Source: Eledone cirrhosa (Eukaryota). Taken from it: a stretch of DNA of 64,000 nucleotides. Below the pieces are notes generated by a model. The model was not told where the DNA came from and did not search any database. It worked only from the letters and a program-made list of their open reading frames with translations. The position numbers were made by a program, and so were the translations under genes. The stretch's first letter is position 1; every line of letters begins with the position of its first letter. Positions 1 to 14,480 of this stretch are shown here, piece after piece. The stretch spans positions 142,724,001 to 142,788,000 of the forward strand of contig OZ024742.1 in NCBI GenBank assembly GCA_964016885.1, in the 5' to 3' direction.

Positions 1-282
1 GCCTGCTTAACACTTATGACAGTAAGGAAGAAAAGACAGAGACTTACAACATAAAAGAACAGTGGGGATTTCTGAGTAATAGCTTGTTGAAGGCCACAGT
101 GAAGACCTGTGGCTGGAGCAAGGCCCCCAGAAAGAGACAATTAAAGCTAAGAAACAGACATAGAAAAACCGGAAGACATGGAAAGGAGAGAACAATATCA
201 AAAAGTTAGGAGAGCAGCAAGGCATCAGATACATTCTGAGGGAAGGGAAGTAAAAAGTGAGAAGTTTGCATATGTTCTAAAC

Positions 283-1972
283 CACAGGTTCTCAACCCAT
301 TTAGGCCAAACGCCCCCTTTTGTCCCTTGAAATCACAAAACGCCCCCTACCCTATTTTTCCATTTTTCATTATACTACTGATTTTGATATCAGTAGATTA
401 CTAAAAAATTGATTAACAATATTCAGGCAGCTGAGAGTATAAATACATTCCTTGAAAGGAAATATATAAATTTCAAAAAAAGGAACATAAATGTTCTTTT
501 TTATGAATAAGGACCAGTTGAATTTGTTATATTCCCACCAGGCGATACCAGCTATTTTGAACATTTATACAAGAGCAACTCTGTCTATCCCAAGAGTGTT
601 CTTATCTGGAAGAAAGTGGCAATTATATCATTTCAAAGCTTTCCAATTTTCCCTTTAATGAAACGGACAGAATAAATGTTGATATCAAACTTGATGTCCC
701 CCTGCTTTGTGAGCTTAGAGACCACGGAAGAGGGTTTTCATGACCATGCGGGAGGGTATATTTATTAATAAATGGTAAAATATATACAACAAATGAGTAA
801 TTGAATTGTAGTAGATGGTTTCCAGTCCAGTCAGACTGCAACTACAAATAAAAAAAATTGTTAGTTTACTTTGTAACAATAGCATATCCAAGTTTTCGTA
901 TAAATCAACTTATTTTAACTTTGACTCATTTCAATTGGACCCTTGAGCTTCATGGAGTCTAGCTAACTCTTTGACTGAATTTTCCTAAGATGTAGCCAGA
1001 GATCTCCACGTGTAATTACATTGTAGCAGTTGCAAGCCTTACTGTGCAGTCTGGAAACAGCACCAAACCTCCTCTCGACTAAGTATGAGCTTGGAAAAGG
1101 CAGAGTAAATCTCTTAGCCTCTGCATGTAGGTGTAGAAATCAATGCTGAATTTCCTCTTGCATCCCAAAAAGGGGTTCACCTATTTTGGGAAATCTAATT
1201 TTGATCATGTCATCTGCTTGAAGTTCAATGAATTCTTCCTGAAATTTAACGTCCAAATCGTCGATGTTAGCTATGAAAGCATCTGCTACCCACATTGGGA
1301 TGTCCATCAGCAAAAGGTTGACAAACCGTTCTCTCATGTTGTCTTGTAGCGCACAGAGGTGAGTGGTATAAATTTGGAGTTGGTCATCGCTTACAATGTT
1401 TTGAACATTGGCGACACTAGGAAAATTATAGAATTCCCATCGATGACATTCAATTTGGCCAGGAATGTTTTTACAGCATTCCTTGCTTTAAGCAAGGTGA
1501 TCTTCTTCCCCTGCAAAGCCAAAATGACGCTATTTCATTTGTCAAAGATGTTGGTGAGGTAGGCGCAGTCTTACCTCACATCGAGGGTTTTCTTGTACAG
1601 TTCTGTGTTGCGTCCTCGCAGAAACTCAATGATAGAGTCGAAGAGTTCAAAGAAGTGAGTAAAGCACTTGCCCTTTGAAAGCCACCTCACTTCAGTATGA
1701 AGGAGCAACTTGACGAATTCTTCGTCATTATCTTGGCACAGTTACTGGTAAATTCATTCATTGATGGAATGCCGTTTGATAAAATTGATGACATCAATGG
1801 CCACCTGCGAGGACTTGCTCAGAGGCTTGCTGAATTTCTTCGCAGCCAAGTGTTGTTGATGAATGACACAATGAACAGCAAATACAGTTAGATTTTCTCT
1901 CTTCAGAAGAGTGACGAAGCCCTTATGTTGGCCAACCATTGCTCTTGCATCGTCCGTAGTACATGAAACAAT
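283..1972 (-). mobile_element. hAT (Charlie/Buster-type) DNA transposon relic with disrupted transposase
   Basis: Minus-strand peptides HCVIHQQHLAAK, LHTEVRWLSKG, YLTNIFDK and PFPSSYLVERGF (hAT dimerisation region) are broken by stops and frameshifts (about 950-1970). End CACAGGTTCTCAACC at 283 is preceded by ttctaaac, an NTCTAGAN-like target. Confidence 0.88.
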
Positions 1973-2650
1973 GTGTGTTGTATGTGGTCCTAGATGTATG
2001 TATTATCTGCCTGTGTGTTGTATGTGGTCCTAGATGTATGTATTACCTGCCTGTGTGTTGCATGTAGTCCTAGATGTATGTATTACCTGCTTATGTATTG
2101 CATGTGGTCCCAGCTGTATGTATTACCTGCTTGTGTATGTGGTCCTAGATGTGTGTATTACCTCCTTATGTCATTGTATGTGGTCCTAGATGTATGTATT
2201 ACCTGATTGTGTTGTATGTGGTTCTAGATGTTTGTATTACCTGATTATGTGTTGTATGTGGTCCTAGATGTATGTATTACCTGCCTGTGTGTTTTATGTG
2301 ATCCTAGATGTATGTATTACCTGCTTATGTATTGCATGTGGTCCCAGCTGTATGTATTACCTGCTTGTGTGTTGTATGTGGTCCTAGATGTGTGTATTAC
2401 CTCCTTATGTGTTGTATGTGGTCCTAGATGTATGTATTACCTGATTGTGTTGTATGTGGTTCTAGATGTTTGTATTACCTGATTATGTGTTGTATGTGGT
2501 CCTAGATGTATGTATTACCTGCCTGTGTGTTTTATGTGATCCTAGATGTGTGTATTACCTGCTTATGTGTTGTATGTGGTCTTAGATGTGTGTATTACCT
2601 GCTTATGTGTTGTATGTGGTCCTAGATGTGTGTGCTACCCGCTTCTGTGT
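1972..2650 (+). repeat. Minisatellite, ~40-bp unit (gtgttgtatgtggtcctagatgtatgtattacctgcctgt), about 17 copies
   Basis: Directly visible tandem units with minor variants. Confidence 0.95.
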
Positions 2651-3167
2651 TTTCTTTCTTTTTTTTATTTGTAATATTATTTATACAATAGGGAATAAAA
2701 TAGATCTACATAGTGTTAACTCGTTACGGTTGAGTCAATAATTTCAGACATGAAATACATTGTTATTGGTGAAGGAAAGATAAGATTCTAACTGGTTGCA
2801 CTCAAAGTGTCCTTGACCCAGATGAATGGGGTTTTTCATTTTTTAGGATCTCAATTACCGGTTAATGTATAGATACGCCTGCACACCTGCTCACAGCTGC
2901 GGTCAGACTATAGTTATGCTGTCTGCAAGCTCATTCAAATGCATTCACACTGGCTGTCTCAAAGACATACAAATATGGCTTATAAAACTTACCAAAGTAA
3001 AGAATCTTCCAGCGCCCCCTAGCCCCTAGTCACTATGGATCTTTACATTCTAAGTTCAAATCTCACCAAGGCTAACTTTGCCTTTCATATTTCCAGGATT
3101 GATAAAATAAAGTACCAGTCAAGTACTGGGGTCGATATAACCGACTCCCCTCTTCTGCATATTTTCT

Positions 3168-3358
3168 GGCGGTGGATTGGCAGTATCGGTAGAGGGTCGG
3201 ACGCCATGCTTTCCAGCATAGTTACGTCCCTTTACGATCTGAGTTCAAATCCCGCCGAGGTTGACTTTGCCTTTCATCTTTACGGGGTCGATAAAATAAA
3301 GTACCAGTAATGCACTGGGTAATTGCTGGCCTTGTGCCTAAAGTAGAAACAATTATTG
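3168..3358 (+). mobile_element. tRNA-derived SINE, family A (older partial copy adjacent at ~3040-3150)
   Basis: A-box-like TGGCAGTATCGG, B-box GAGTTCAAATCC, body gccgaggttgactttgcctttcatc...gataaaataaagtaccag, AT-rich tail. More than 15 related copies in the window. Confidence 0.88.
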
Positions 3359-3637
3359 TTATTTGTAGTCCACAAAAAAAGTCAAGGAGAAAGCTCACTA
3401 CATAAGTTTGTAGATTAATTTATTATGTAATATTCTCATTTCATTTGTACATCTTAATTATATAATTGAAAATATATTTATGCATTGCAAACATTCAAAT
3501 GAATGTAAGGTAAATATTACATAATAACTTCTTATGATATATCATCATTGCCTTCATTTAATGTCCATCTTCCCTGCTAGCACACATGGGTGTGTTTGTG
3601 TATGTATGTACTATATACATACACACAAATACGAGTG

Positions 3638-3679
<42 letters not shown>

Positions 3680-3790
3680 AGTGTGTGTAGACAGTTACAT
3701 TTTTAAATTATAACTTCAACTCTTATAATTATTGTTGCTATCAAATTATACTTTCAAATTTTGTAGTTAATGCAATTCAAACAAACACAA

Positions 3791-4018
<228 letters not shown>

Positions 4019-4149
4019 ATTATAATTATTGCTACTTAAGTACAATACTGACTCATCAATGCATTAAAATTATGTAATCTGTTCAAGAAATTCAGTGTAA
4101 CAACACAGTTGTTATATGAAATATTGATAAATAGCTACAGAAGAGTGTT

Positions 4150-5075
4150 CTTCAGGTACAGCTATGATAGATCCTCAGTCACCTTCAACGAAGAGCACTC
4201 ATTTTATCTGAATCACTATCATTATAACCTGATTTATTCAGACCAGTCACAACATTTCGATTATTGCACACTCCAGCCTCCTTCAAAGAAATTACCATTA
4301 TTAAATATTAATTTAGTCAAACCAATGTCCTCACCTTCGTTATTATAGTCAAAATATTGTAGCTGTTGTACCCTCCAGCGTTCTTCAGAGAAATTATCAT
4401 TATTATAAACTGATTTATTTGAACTAGTGTTTGTTAAAGTCACAATGTTTTGTCTGTTGCACTGTCCAACACTCTTCAGATGCCTACCACATTTGCTACA
4501 ATGTACAGCTACCATGGATCCTCTATCAACTTCAACAATGGGCCATCAGTTTGTCTAAATGTCTGAAATGTGGAATTATCATTATTATATACTGATTTAT
4601 TCAAACTAATGTACTCATCTTTGTTGTTTTAGTCACATTTCAACCTTCTACAGGTATCTATTGTATTCAATATAATGCACAGCTATGATGGTTCCTTTGT
4701 TGGTTTCAATAATAAGTATTTATTTTATTTGAATTTTTGAAATAAGGGATTATCATTATGATAAAGAATTTAAAAGTAGTGAATTGGCAGAACCTAAGAG
4801 AATCAAACAAAATATCTTGCAATATTTAGTTAGGGCTTCTTATGTTCTTAATTAAAATCCCACAGGGATCAACTTTGCCTTTCATCTTTCTGAGGTGAGT
4901 GAAATAAAGAACTAGTCAAGTACTGGGTTGATTTAATTGAGTAACCCTTCTCTTAAGTTGCTGTTTTGTGCCCAAATTACAATAAACTGATTTATTCAGA
5001 CTAATGCCATCATTTGGGTTGTTTTAATCAACTTTTGGTTGTTGTACCCTCTGGCCTTCTTCGGGTGCCTGTTGA
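4150..5075 (-). repeat. Degenerate tandem modules with hammerhead-like cores (Penelope pLTR-type relic), interrupted by a SINE at ~4780-4985
   Basis: Recurring tatcattat..ctgatttattcaga blocks and four minus-strand variants of CTGAAGA-AGGCTG-N10-CAGCC-GAAA. Confidence 0.55.
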
Positions 5076-5153
5076 ATTCAGTACAATATAGCATTGATTT
5101 AATTGTTAACTGTAACAACTTAGCTGGTGTGCAATAGTTCCATTCCTGGGTTA

Positions 5154-5213
<60 letters not shown>

Positions 5214-6317
5214 TAGTTTAAGTGGAATGAACAAGCAACATAAGTAATTAACTAATATGAGAATATCTCGATCATGAATGAATGTATGTATGTGCATATG
5301 TACATGCATAGATATGCATGTATCTTCATTCATCATTTTTAAGTTCACTTTTTTTATAGGATGGATAGGACTATATATATATATAGTTTTTTTTTAAAAG
5401 CCTGCATGTCTAAGTCTTTAGAATATAAATTCAAAATAGGGAGCACACAGGATAAAGACAATGGAAAAAAACAACAGAAAGATGGACAATCCCATCTCCT
5501 CAGTCAACCTCTGGAAATCACTAGAGTTTTGGTTATTTAAGGTCAATACCATTCATTCCAATGCACATTATGATATAATAACTTGTATCTACCTGTTTTG
5601 TTATGCCCCAATGTGCACTGGAATGAACGGTATAAACCTTATTTATGAATATACTGCTGCGCCAATCATTGGCTATGATTCCAGCCTGTATTGCCTGATT
5701 GACTATACAGGTTACTAGTTCAACTCCTACTTCTGATGCAACTTTACCATTCTTTATCTCCTTTATTGCTTCTTTAACCCTATAACTGTCAACTTCAATA
5801 GCTGGTCCTTCTGTTGGTTAAGTTGGGTGTAGTCTCTCTTCCTTTCATTCATTTTCTGCAATTATTACTCTCTCATAGTAATATTTCCAGGCCTCTTTCT
5901 GCTGAACATCAGTGGTGCTAAACTAACTAGAAGCCTTTACATATTAGAAATTCCAGCCAAACACAACCTATCCCTTAAATCACATTCTACTGTTTGTTTA
6001 AAAACAAAACACAATAGATCAAGCAGGAAAATCTTTGATTATAAGGTCTGCTCAATAAAAGCTAAGCTGAAGCTAAGCAATAACAATGGCAACAACATCA
6101 AAATCTCCATCACCAAGACTAGCCATGTTAAACACAAACATTATCAACAACCAGCAACATCATCACTACTAACATTAATTACTCAACACTGATATAAATG
6201 TCAACACTATCACCACCACTAACACTGACATGAACATCAACCTTTACCACCACCACTATCATTACTAAAACTAACTTTAGCAACAGCATCATCAACATCA
6301 CTAAACCCAACATTAGC

Positions 6318-6998
6318 AACAACCAGCATCACACCAACCAACATCATACCAACCAACATCACAACAACCAACATCACAACAACCAGCATCACACCAACCA
6401 ACACCATACCAACCAACATCACAACAACCAACATCACAACAACCAACATCACAACAACCAACATCACACCAACCAACATCATACCAACCAACATCACAAC
6501 AACCAACACCATACCAACCAACATTAGCAACAACCAACATTATAATAACCAACATCACAACAACCAGCATTATAATAACCAACATCACAACAACCAGCAT
6601 TATAATAACCAACATCACAACAACCAGCATTATAATAACCAACATCACAACAACCAGCATTATAATAACCAACATCACAACAACCAGCATTATAATAACC
6701 AACATCACAACAACCAGCATTATAATAACCAACATCACAACAACCAGCATTATAATAACCAACATCACAACAACCAGCATTATAATAACCAACATCACAA
6801 CAACCAGCATTATAATAACCAACATCACAACAACCAGCATTATACCAACCAGCATTATAATAACCAACATCACAACAACCAGCATTATACCAACCAGCAT
6901 TATAATAACCAACATCACAACAACCAACATTACACCAACCAACACCATACCAACCAACATCACACCAACCAACATCACACCAACTAATATTAGCAACA
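6318..6998. repeat. Minisatellite of 15-bp subunits with a homogeneous 30-bp higher-order core (aacatcacaacaaccagcattataataacc)
   Basis: Directly visible; homogeneous between about 6540 and 6840. Confidence 0.97.
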
Positions 6999-8059
6999 AC
7001 CAATATTACCACAAATAATTTTAGCAACAATCAACTTCACTACCACTAACATTTGCAACAACAATCATCACCATTACTAACATTACTAAAAAAAGAAACT
7101 AGCATTAACAACAACCGCCATCACCACTCACTACTAGCACTGCCAAAACCAGCAACAACAGGCCTCACTAAGAACAACTACAATATTTTCAGTAACAATG
7201 ACATCATCACCAACACCACTACAATCACCACAACAACAAACTCTCTTTCACTATTCCCAGTAATTATTACCAGGTCAAGAAACTTACATAAAAGTGGCCT
7301 CATTAGCTGAGATTTTATCAAGTTGATTCGTTTTGTTGTTATGCGGGTAAATTAAAAACACATGTTTGAGTTTAAAACATCCAAGTTTGTTTTGCTTTAT
7401 ACGAATAATTTAAAAAAAAAAAAACTTCAGATAAACATGAAATTATACTAAAAAGAATATGAGATTTAATACATATAACTATTTTACAGCATGTTGTTCA
7501 TCATCATTCTTTGCCCAGTATAAAAATTAAATCAAATTATTATTATTATTATTATTGCCAGCCATATGCAATATAAATACATAATGTTTTGTCTTTAAAG
7601 AAATACTGATGCAAAGAAAAAAATTAAGTCCTTGTCTGCTGTTTCATCCTTATCACCGCCACTACCTACAACGACTATAAACGGTAAAGCATTGGATAAA
7701 ATAACATGTGATTTATAGTTTGGCTTCTTATATCTTGAATTCAAATCCTGTTGGGGCTAACTTTGCCTTTTATTTTTCTATGTGGTTGATAAAAAAACAA
7801 AACTACTAATTTAGAGTGTTGAACTAGCAGAATTGTAAAAGCATCGAACAAGATACTTTATGGCATCTTCTCTAGCTCTTTACATTCTGAGTTTAAATCC
7901 TACTATAGCTAGTAGACTTAATCTATCACCAAGTTTAACACAATCACCCAGCTCTCAAAATCCTTTAGCAGAGTCTACTCTGTCACAAGAACTTGGGACA
8001 TATTTTTGGTGTTGAGTATGCCTTTCTATCTCCTCCATGTGTGTGTGTATGTATGTTGG

Positions 8060-8380
8060 ACCTCTATCAGTTCTGATAATGAGTACACCAGTTGTTCTAA
8101 CAATAGAACAGCCAGGCTTGTGAAATTAAAGTGCAATTGGCTGAGTATTCTACATACACATGTACCCTTAACATAGTTATTAGGGACATTCATTATGACA
8201 CACAGTATAACAAGGTTGGCCCTTTGAATTATTGGTACAACTCACTTTTTGCAAACTGAGTGGACTGGAGCAATGTAAAATAAAGTTTTTTGCTCAAAAA
8301 ATTAACATGCCGCCAAGAATAGAACCCATAAGCTCATGAACCAAACTCCCTAACCACTAAGCCACATCCCTTCACACCAT
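8060..8380 (-). mobile_element. SINE family B (aagggtacacgtgtctgtggagtactcagccacttgcacgttaa-type domain)
   Basis: Reverse complement matches + strand copies at ~45090-45600 and ~63465-63800, which have tRNA-like heads. Confidence 0.7.
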
Positions 8381-8560
8381 TCTTGGAGCCTCTAAAAAGA
8401 GTCATAGGCACTGCTGATATTCCTGACTGAGCCATAAAATGAAACTATAGCTATCAATTGCAATTGTTGTTAACTTGGTATCAGTATGTACTATGCTTTT
8501 ACGTATAGTTTTAGATGACAATGTAGTTGCAAGTAGACACAGACATCCTCTCAATCCTCT

Positions 8561-8611
<51 letters not shown>

Positions 8612-10005
8612 GCATCAGTACTTGATTGGTACTTTATCAACCCAGAAAGAATGAAAGGCAAAATAAGCTTCAGTGGAATTTGAACTCAGAATTCAGAGAG
8701 TAGGAACAAATATCTCAAGGCATCTTAGCCAATATTCTAATGACCATCATTTGACTACCTTATCATCATCATTTTTACATCTACCTTTTTCCATACTGGC
8801 ATCAGAACCTTATTAATCATTAAGCAAAATAAGCATATGTATAGGGCAACAAGGGAAGAGGGGCACCATTTTATTCAAATTAAATGTATTTGTCATTCCA
8901 AAAAATTTATTTTGGTGGGGGAGGGGGATTATAGATTTTTAAGTACTTAGGGCCTCAAAAAGACTTAATCCAACCCTAGCTGGCATGTGTTGGATGAGAC
9001 GTCTTGAAGCAGTATTCTATGGATCAATGCCTGTGTCCATACCTGTGTGTACGTCACATAATTTAGCAGTTTGACAAACAGAATGTGATAAAATGAGTAC
9101 CAAACTTGAAAAATAAAATCAAAACAAATACTAGGATCTTCAATATGATCAACTAAAACCTTTGAAGGTGGTGCTCCAGTATGGTTGCAGTCTAATGACT
9201 GAAACCAGTAAACGAATAAAATAAATAAATAAATAAATAAATAAACATATATATAAATTTTTGAGAAAGAAAAAATACATAAATAAACATTTTGAGATGA
9301 ATTTCTGTTACTATAGTTACTTTCATCAATAGATTGAAATGTTTTATTGATGATGTAGTGGGGAAAATTGATTTCTGAAGTAAATGGATATTTGTAGAAA
9401 AAGGAGTGGTGAGGCAGGGGGAAGAAAGAGAAGACAAAATGTGGCAAACACTCAAAATACACAGCAAAAAATAACAAAAAGAAAAGAAATAGGAGCTTCA
9501 TCATTTTTCCTTTTTTATTGTATTTGTGAAATTAAAAGATCCATTCAACCAACATTATCATCACTATCATCATTATCAATATCAACTTCAACATATTCAT
9601 CTTTATCACCACCACCATCTTCATTTTAATCATCACTACTATTGACATCACAGCTACCATCATCATTAACCACCATCATTAACATCATCATTAACATCAA
9701 CATTATCATTAACATCACCACCACCCCCCACTATCATTATCATTGTCATCATTGCCACACCATACATTACACACCTTTACACACACATATGTATATGGCA
9801 TATGTCAACGTGGAAATGAAGAAATTGCACACAGTAATGTTATGTTATACAAATTAAGGTTGTTTCACATCCCACCCACCTTATTATCATTATCATTTTA
9901 CATTTGCTTTTTCCATGCCTGCATGGATTGGAAAAGACTTTTGGAGGCAAGTTTTCTATAGCTAGATGCACTTCTTTATGCCAACCCATACCTTATTTCA
10001 AGTAT

Positions 10006-10038
<33 letters not shown>

Positions 10039-10039
10039 T

Positions 10040-11460
10040 GCTGACATTTGTCAAAGCACTATGCTTCAAAACATTATAAGGCTCATAACCTGTGGATGTT
10101 CCAGATTATTGTTACTTTGTATGTCTAAACAATCTCTTTCAAGCTAGCATAACTTCTAGTGTAACTAAATTCAACTCTGTCATGTGTGTGGATATATTCT
10201 TTCTTGGCTATGACTGGGAAACATTGTTTCTTCTTCATCTCCAAATATTCTGCAGTTACTTAATGTGTTCTGTTTCATTATGTACTTTTGGTGGTGGGGC
10301 TTTGATCCTGTGTTGCAATTAAGAATCTGTTGATCTTCTTAGCCAGTGTTGTGAATTGTTCTTGTTTATTTCCTACCTATTCAGTTTTTGTGGATATTGG
10401 CCATGTTGAGATTTTCCTTATTTTAGTATGGCATACTAGAAATATTTTCAATGTATATTTTAGCTTTTTTATCAATTCTTTTTTTTTTTATAATTATCTG
10501 TCAATTCAGCTTCTGCTTTGAGCTTGTTGGTTTCCTTGAAGATGGAAAATATTTTTCGTTTTGTTCATGCTTCATATCCATTTATTAACTCTCTATTTTT
10601 CTTCATTAGGTATTTTTGTAGTCCTACAGTGGATATTTTATACTGGTTTTCTAGTTATATAAAGTCCCTACAGTGTTCATGGTAAATATAATCTTTCTAT
10701 ATCTAATTCTGGGTGATACAATTATTATTTTTCTTGTTTTTCTATCTGGTTCTGTTAATTTGTTTAGTGCCCAGTAATGAATACTGCTAATTACTGGGAT
10801 AGTGAAAGCAAATATGCCTATTACCATATTTTTTGCATTTAGTTTTATTTTAAGTAGTATTGCTTTCTAATCTTTTCTTTGATTTGTATGCTTTGTACGC
10901 TGTCTAGTTCATTGATTCTTAAGTATTTGTATGTTAGTCTATGAATATTTATTTGCTGCTCATACTTCACCCAACAATTCTTTTTCTTCTTTTGCTACTG
11001 GTGCTGCACTGACTTCTATTTTATATTTACTAAGTTCTTAGAAGAATCGTTTTGGGATGGAGTGAAATTGTTGATTTTGTTCAAAGAAGCAATCTTGTTT
11101 TAGGCATTCTTTGGTTTTGGTTATTTCTTTTTCTGTTAAGTTATATTTTTGTAATATTTTATCTCCTTCCTTTTTCCCAGTTTTGTTGCTTTCTTTCCAA
11201 TTTCATTTAATTTTCTATTTTTTTTAAATGTTTGTTTTCCATGAGTTTTGTTATTTTCATTTGTCTAGATCTACTTTCCTTTGTAACTACAATGGCTGCT
11301 TCATATATTATGTCATTTAGTTTTTTTATGCTAATGTATCTATTTGTGATTATATATGATGGCCAGGTTAAAGTTTTTTATTGTTATTGCTCTTTTAACA
11401 GTTTTATCTTTGGAAGGTTTATAAGAAGATATTTTATTGATATCATTATTATTAATGAAG
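10040..11460 (-). mobile_element. Highly degenerate R4/Dong-clade non-LTR retrotransposon
   Basis: Minus-strand remnants RFLIATQDQ, C.VIA.KEYIH.HDRV and N-terminal LPKIKL...NDIIYEAAIVVT. Abuts an (ATT/TAA)n tract at 11467-11508, the known Dong target repeat. Confidence 0.65.
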
Positions 11461-11463
11461 AAA

Positions 11464-11507
<44 letters not shown>

Positions 11508-11950
11508 GGGTGATGGATTGGCAATATTGGAAGAGTAGCGGAAAACATGATTTGTGGCATAGAGTTACAGCAATTTACATTCTGAGTTGCAATCCTGCTG
11601 AAGTTAGCTTTGCCTTTCATCCTTCCAGGGTCGATTAAATAAAGTACCACTAATACACTGGGGTCAATTTAATCAACTTTACCCTCCCCCAAAAATTACT
11701 GGCTTTGTGCCTAAATCAGAAACCATTATTATTATTCAATCAAGGATAGCAAATTGGCACTATCAGTAGAACATTGGACAAAAAATGCTTTGCAGTATTT
11801 AGTTATGTTCTAAGTTCAAATCCTGCCAAGGTCAACTTTACCTTTCATTCTTCCGGGTTGAAAAAATAAAGTACCAATTAGATACTGTAGTCAATATAAT
11901 TGACTTTACTCTCCACCAAATTGCTGGCCTTGTGCCAATGTTTAAATGAA
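11508..11950 (+). mobile_element. Two tandem family-A SINEs
   Basis: Two successive head/body/tail matches to the 3168 and 18715 copies. Confidence 0.8.
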
Positions 11951-13399
11951 TTTTTATTACTTAATCAATTGTTCTCAGAGTAGCTTTGATTAGTTCATAC
12001 TTTCTATGCCTCTCCTCCCTATCTTTGCCTACTCAAAGTTCTACATGCTAACCATGATGCCTGCTAAAAATAACAGACAATTCTCCCTCAAATTATACAT
12101 TGCCTTTCATCTTTCCAGGATTGACAAAGTATCAATCTGGCAGCACTATTGTTAGTATTATCCTCATTATAATCGGCACCATTGTCATCATTATCATCAA
12201 CATTATCAACATCACCATCATCATCATCAACACCAGCATCATCATCATCATTGGTGTCCATATGACTAACATTCTTCCAATATAACTAATTGATTATTTC
12301 ATTGAGTTTTTCCATGTCATTACTCATTCCTCTCTTCACGACCACCACTACAACCATCATTACCAATGCCGTCACCATTAACACAACTTCCATCACAAAC
12401 ATCATTACCACCAAAACTACCACTACCATCCCACCATTATCATCCCCATCACCACTACAACCATCAACACCATCACCCCTATCACCACTAACTCCACTAT
12501 TAATAGGGGATCATTTTAAAGATGGGTTGTGGCAGGCTTTTTTTGTTTTGCATTTCTTCATTGTAATTAGTGTTCATGTTGTTTACCCCTAGGTCAACTC
12601 TGATCAATCAGATATTTTATCCTAGCATTCTTGCTATAATTATTCTATCATCTTATTTTCAACAATGTATTCAGGACTATATTATCCAGATGCCCTTCCT
12701 GATTCCAGCCTATACTTTTATGGTCATCGCCATTATCATCCTCATCATCGTTTAACATTTGTCTTCTCCACTAACAAGGGTTGGGTGAGTCTTCCCAGAC
12801 TGAGTCAGTACTTTCAAATGAGCCAGGGATCTGCTATTCTCTTACATAAGTTCCCATGCTCTACCAAATGCATTTTATTGTAGCACCAGCAGTATAATGG
12901 TTGTCATGTCTTTGACAGCTGAAGAGTCCTTCCAGCCCTTTATTTGGCAAGCTTTATATGGTTGGATGCTCTTTGTACCATCGACCACTTTACTAAGCAA
13001 ATCTATCATGTAGGGAGGTTGTCATATCTTTGACACAACTGAAGAGTCCTTCCAATACTTTTTTGGCATGGTTTCAACTTCCGAGATGTGTGGCAAGCAC
13101 TCCATAGAAGCTAGTGAACTAGAGCTACAACATAAGTTAAAAAGCCAAACACACTGAGACAATGGTTAAACCATTATCCGCACAGCCATAGAAATGACCA
13201 AGTAATTTGGGTCAAACAAATAAAATATGATATATATGTAGGCGCCACGGAAAAAAAGCATCCAGCACTCACTGTAAATGAGGTTGGTGTTAGGAAGGGC
13301 ATCCAGCTGTAGAAATCAAGCCAGAATCAGTTACAACCCGTCTAACCCATGACAGCATGGAAGAATGGACATAAAACAGTGATGATGATGATGATATAT

Positions 13400-13895
13400 A
13401 TAGGCACCAGAAACTAACTTCACAGCCACATGCTTTGGGTTGAACTTTGTGGCAACTTGAGAAAATGTTTTCTACTATAGCCTCAGGTTGACCAATACTT
13501 AGTGAAACCTTATGGAAGACCATCATATATGTGTGTATCCATATTTGAGGTTAGATTTATCATCTGTTTATGTCCCATAACTTAGTGGTTCAACAAAATA
13601 AAGATCAGTAAATATATGCAACAAATTTGAAAAAACTACTAAATCTGTTCAATGTGGTGACCCAGCATGACTACAGTCTAATGACTGAAACCAGTAAAAG
13701 TATAAAGGAATAAAAGAATATATTGCATATATATATGACAGGCTTCCTTGTTTCTTATTTTCCATCTATAAAATAATTCTTAAGGCACTGGTCAGTCTGG
13801 AACAATAGAAGAAGACATTTGCTCAAGGTGCCACACAGTAGAATTGAACCCAAAAGCACAAAGTTCTGAAGTGAGCTTCTCAACTACAGGGCTAT
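13400..13895. mobile_element. Two opposed degenerate SINEs, family C
   Basis: Share ggcaccttgggcaagtgtcttctactatagcc-like cores with copies at ~33915-34070, 47030-47240 and 53150-53520. Confidence 0.6.
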
Positions 13896-14225
13896 AACTC
13901 TCACTAATATAAAACATGCCACAATGTGCAACCACGATGTTAGTCTTAATTCCTAAATGACCAGAAACCACTGCTTACTAAGATAGCGCATGCAACAGAA
14001 ATTAATTATTCTTTCTGATACAGTACACCACTTCTATTTACTTTCTCACTATCATTATCTGACTATATATGTACAACAGTCAGTGAAACAAATATTGATC
14101 TTTAAATCACATTTTGCCATTTTGCCTTCCCAGGGATTAACTAATCACCTTTTCACCTAGCAATAAATTAATGTGTATGATAATAGTAAACATTAGTCAA
14201 AGTGTCTCTAAAATACTTAACCAGG

Positions 14226-14265
<40 letters not shown>

Positions 14266-14480
14266 CCGTGTGTATCCAATGTAGACTAGGTACACCATAT
14301 TCCTGCATGTTGTAAGAAATAACAAAAAGGGTTGGTGTCAGGAAAAACATCCGGCTGGAAAATATTGCTTCAAAAAGTCCTATCCAAACCATGTCAGCAT
14401 GGAAAAGTCAATATAAAAACAATGGTGATGATGATGATTAAATATACATATATATATATAACCTGGTTAAGTATTATATA

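Noticed and set aside
1972-2650. Regular ~40-bp repeats as a possible CRISPR array
   Set aside because: Head-to-tail units with no unique spacers, eukaryotic context, no cas genes.
6237-7030. 228-aa hydrophobic and Cys/Tyr/Gly-rich repetitive ORFs (could mimic a structural protein)
   Set aside because: Produced by a 15/30-bp minisatellite that is open in several frames; no splice signals or unique flanking coding sequence.
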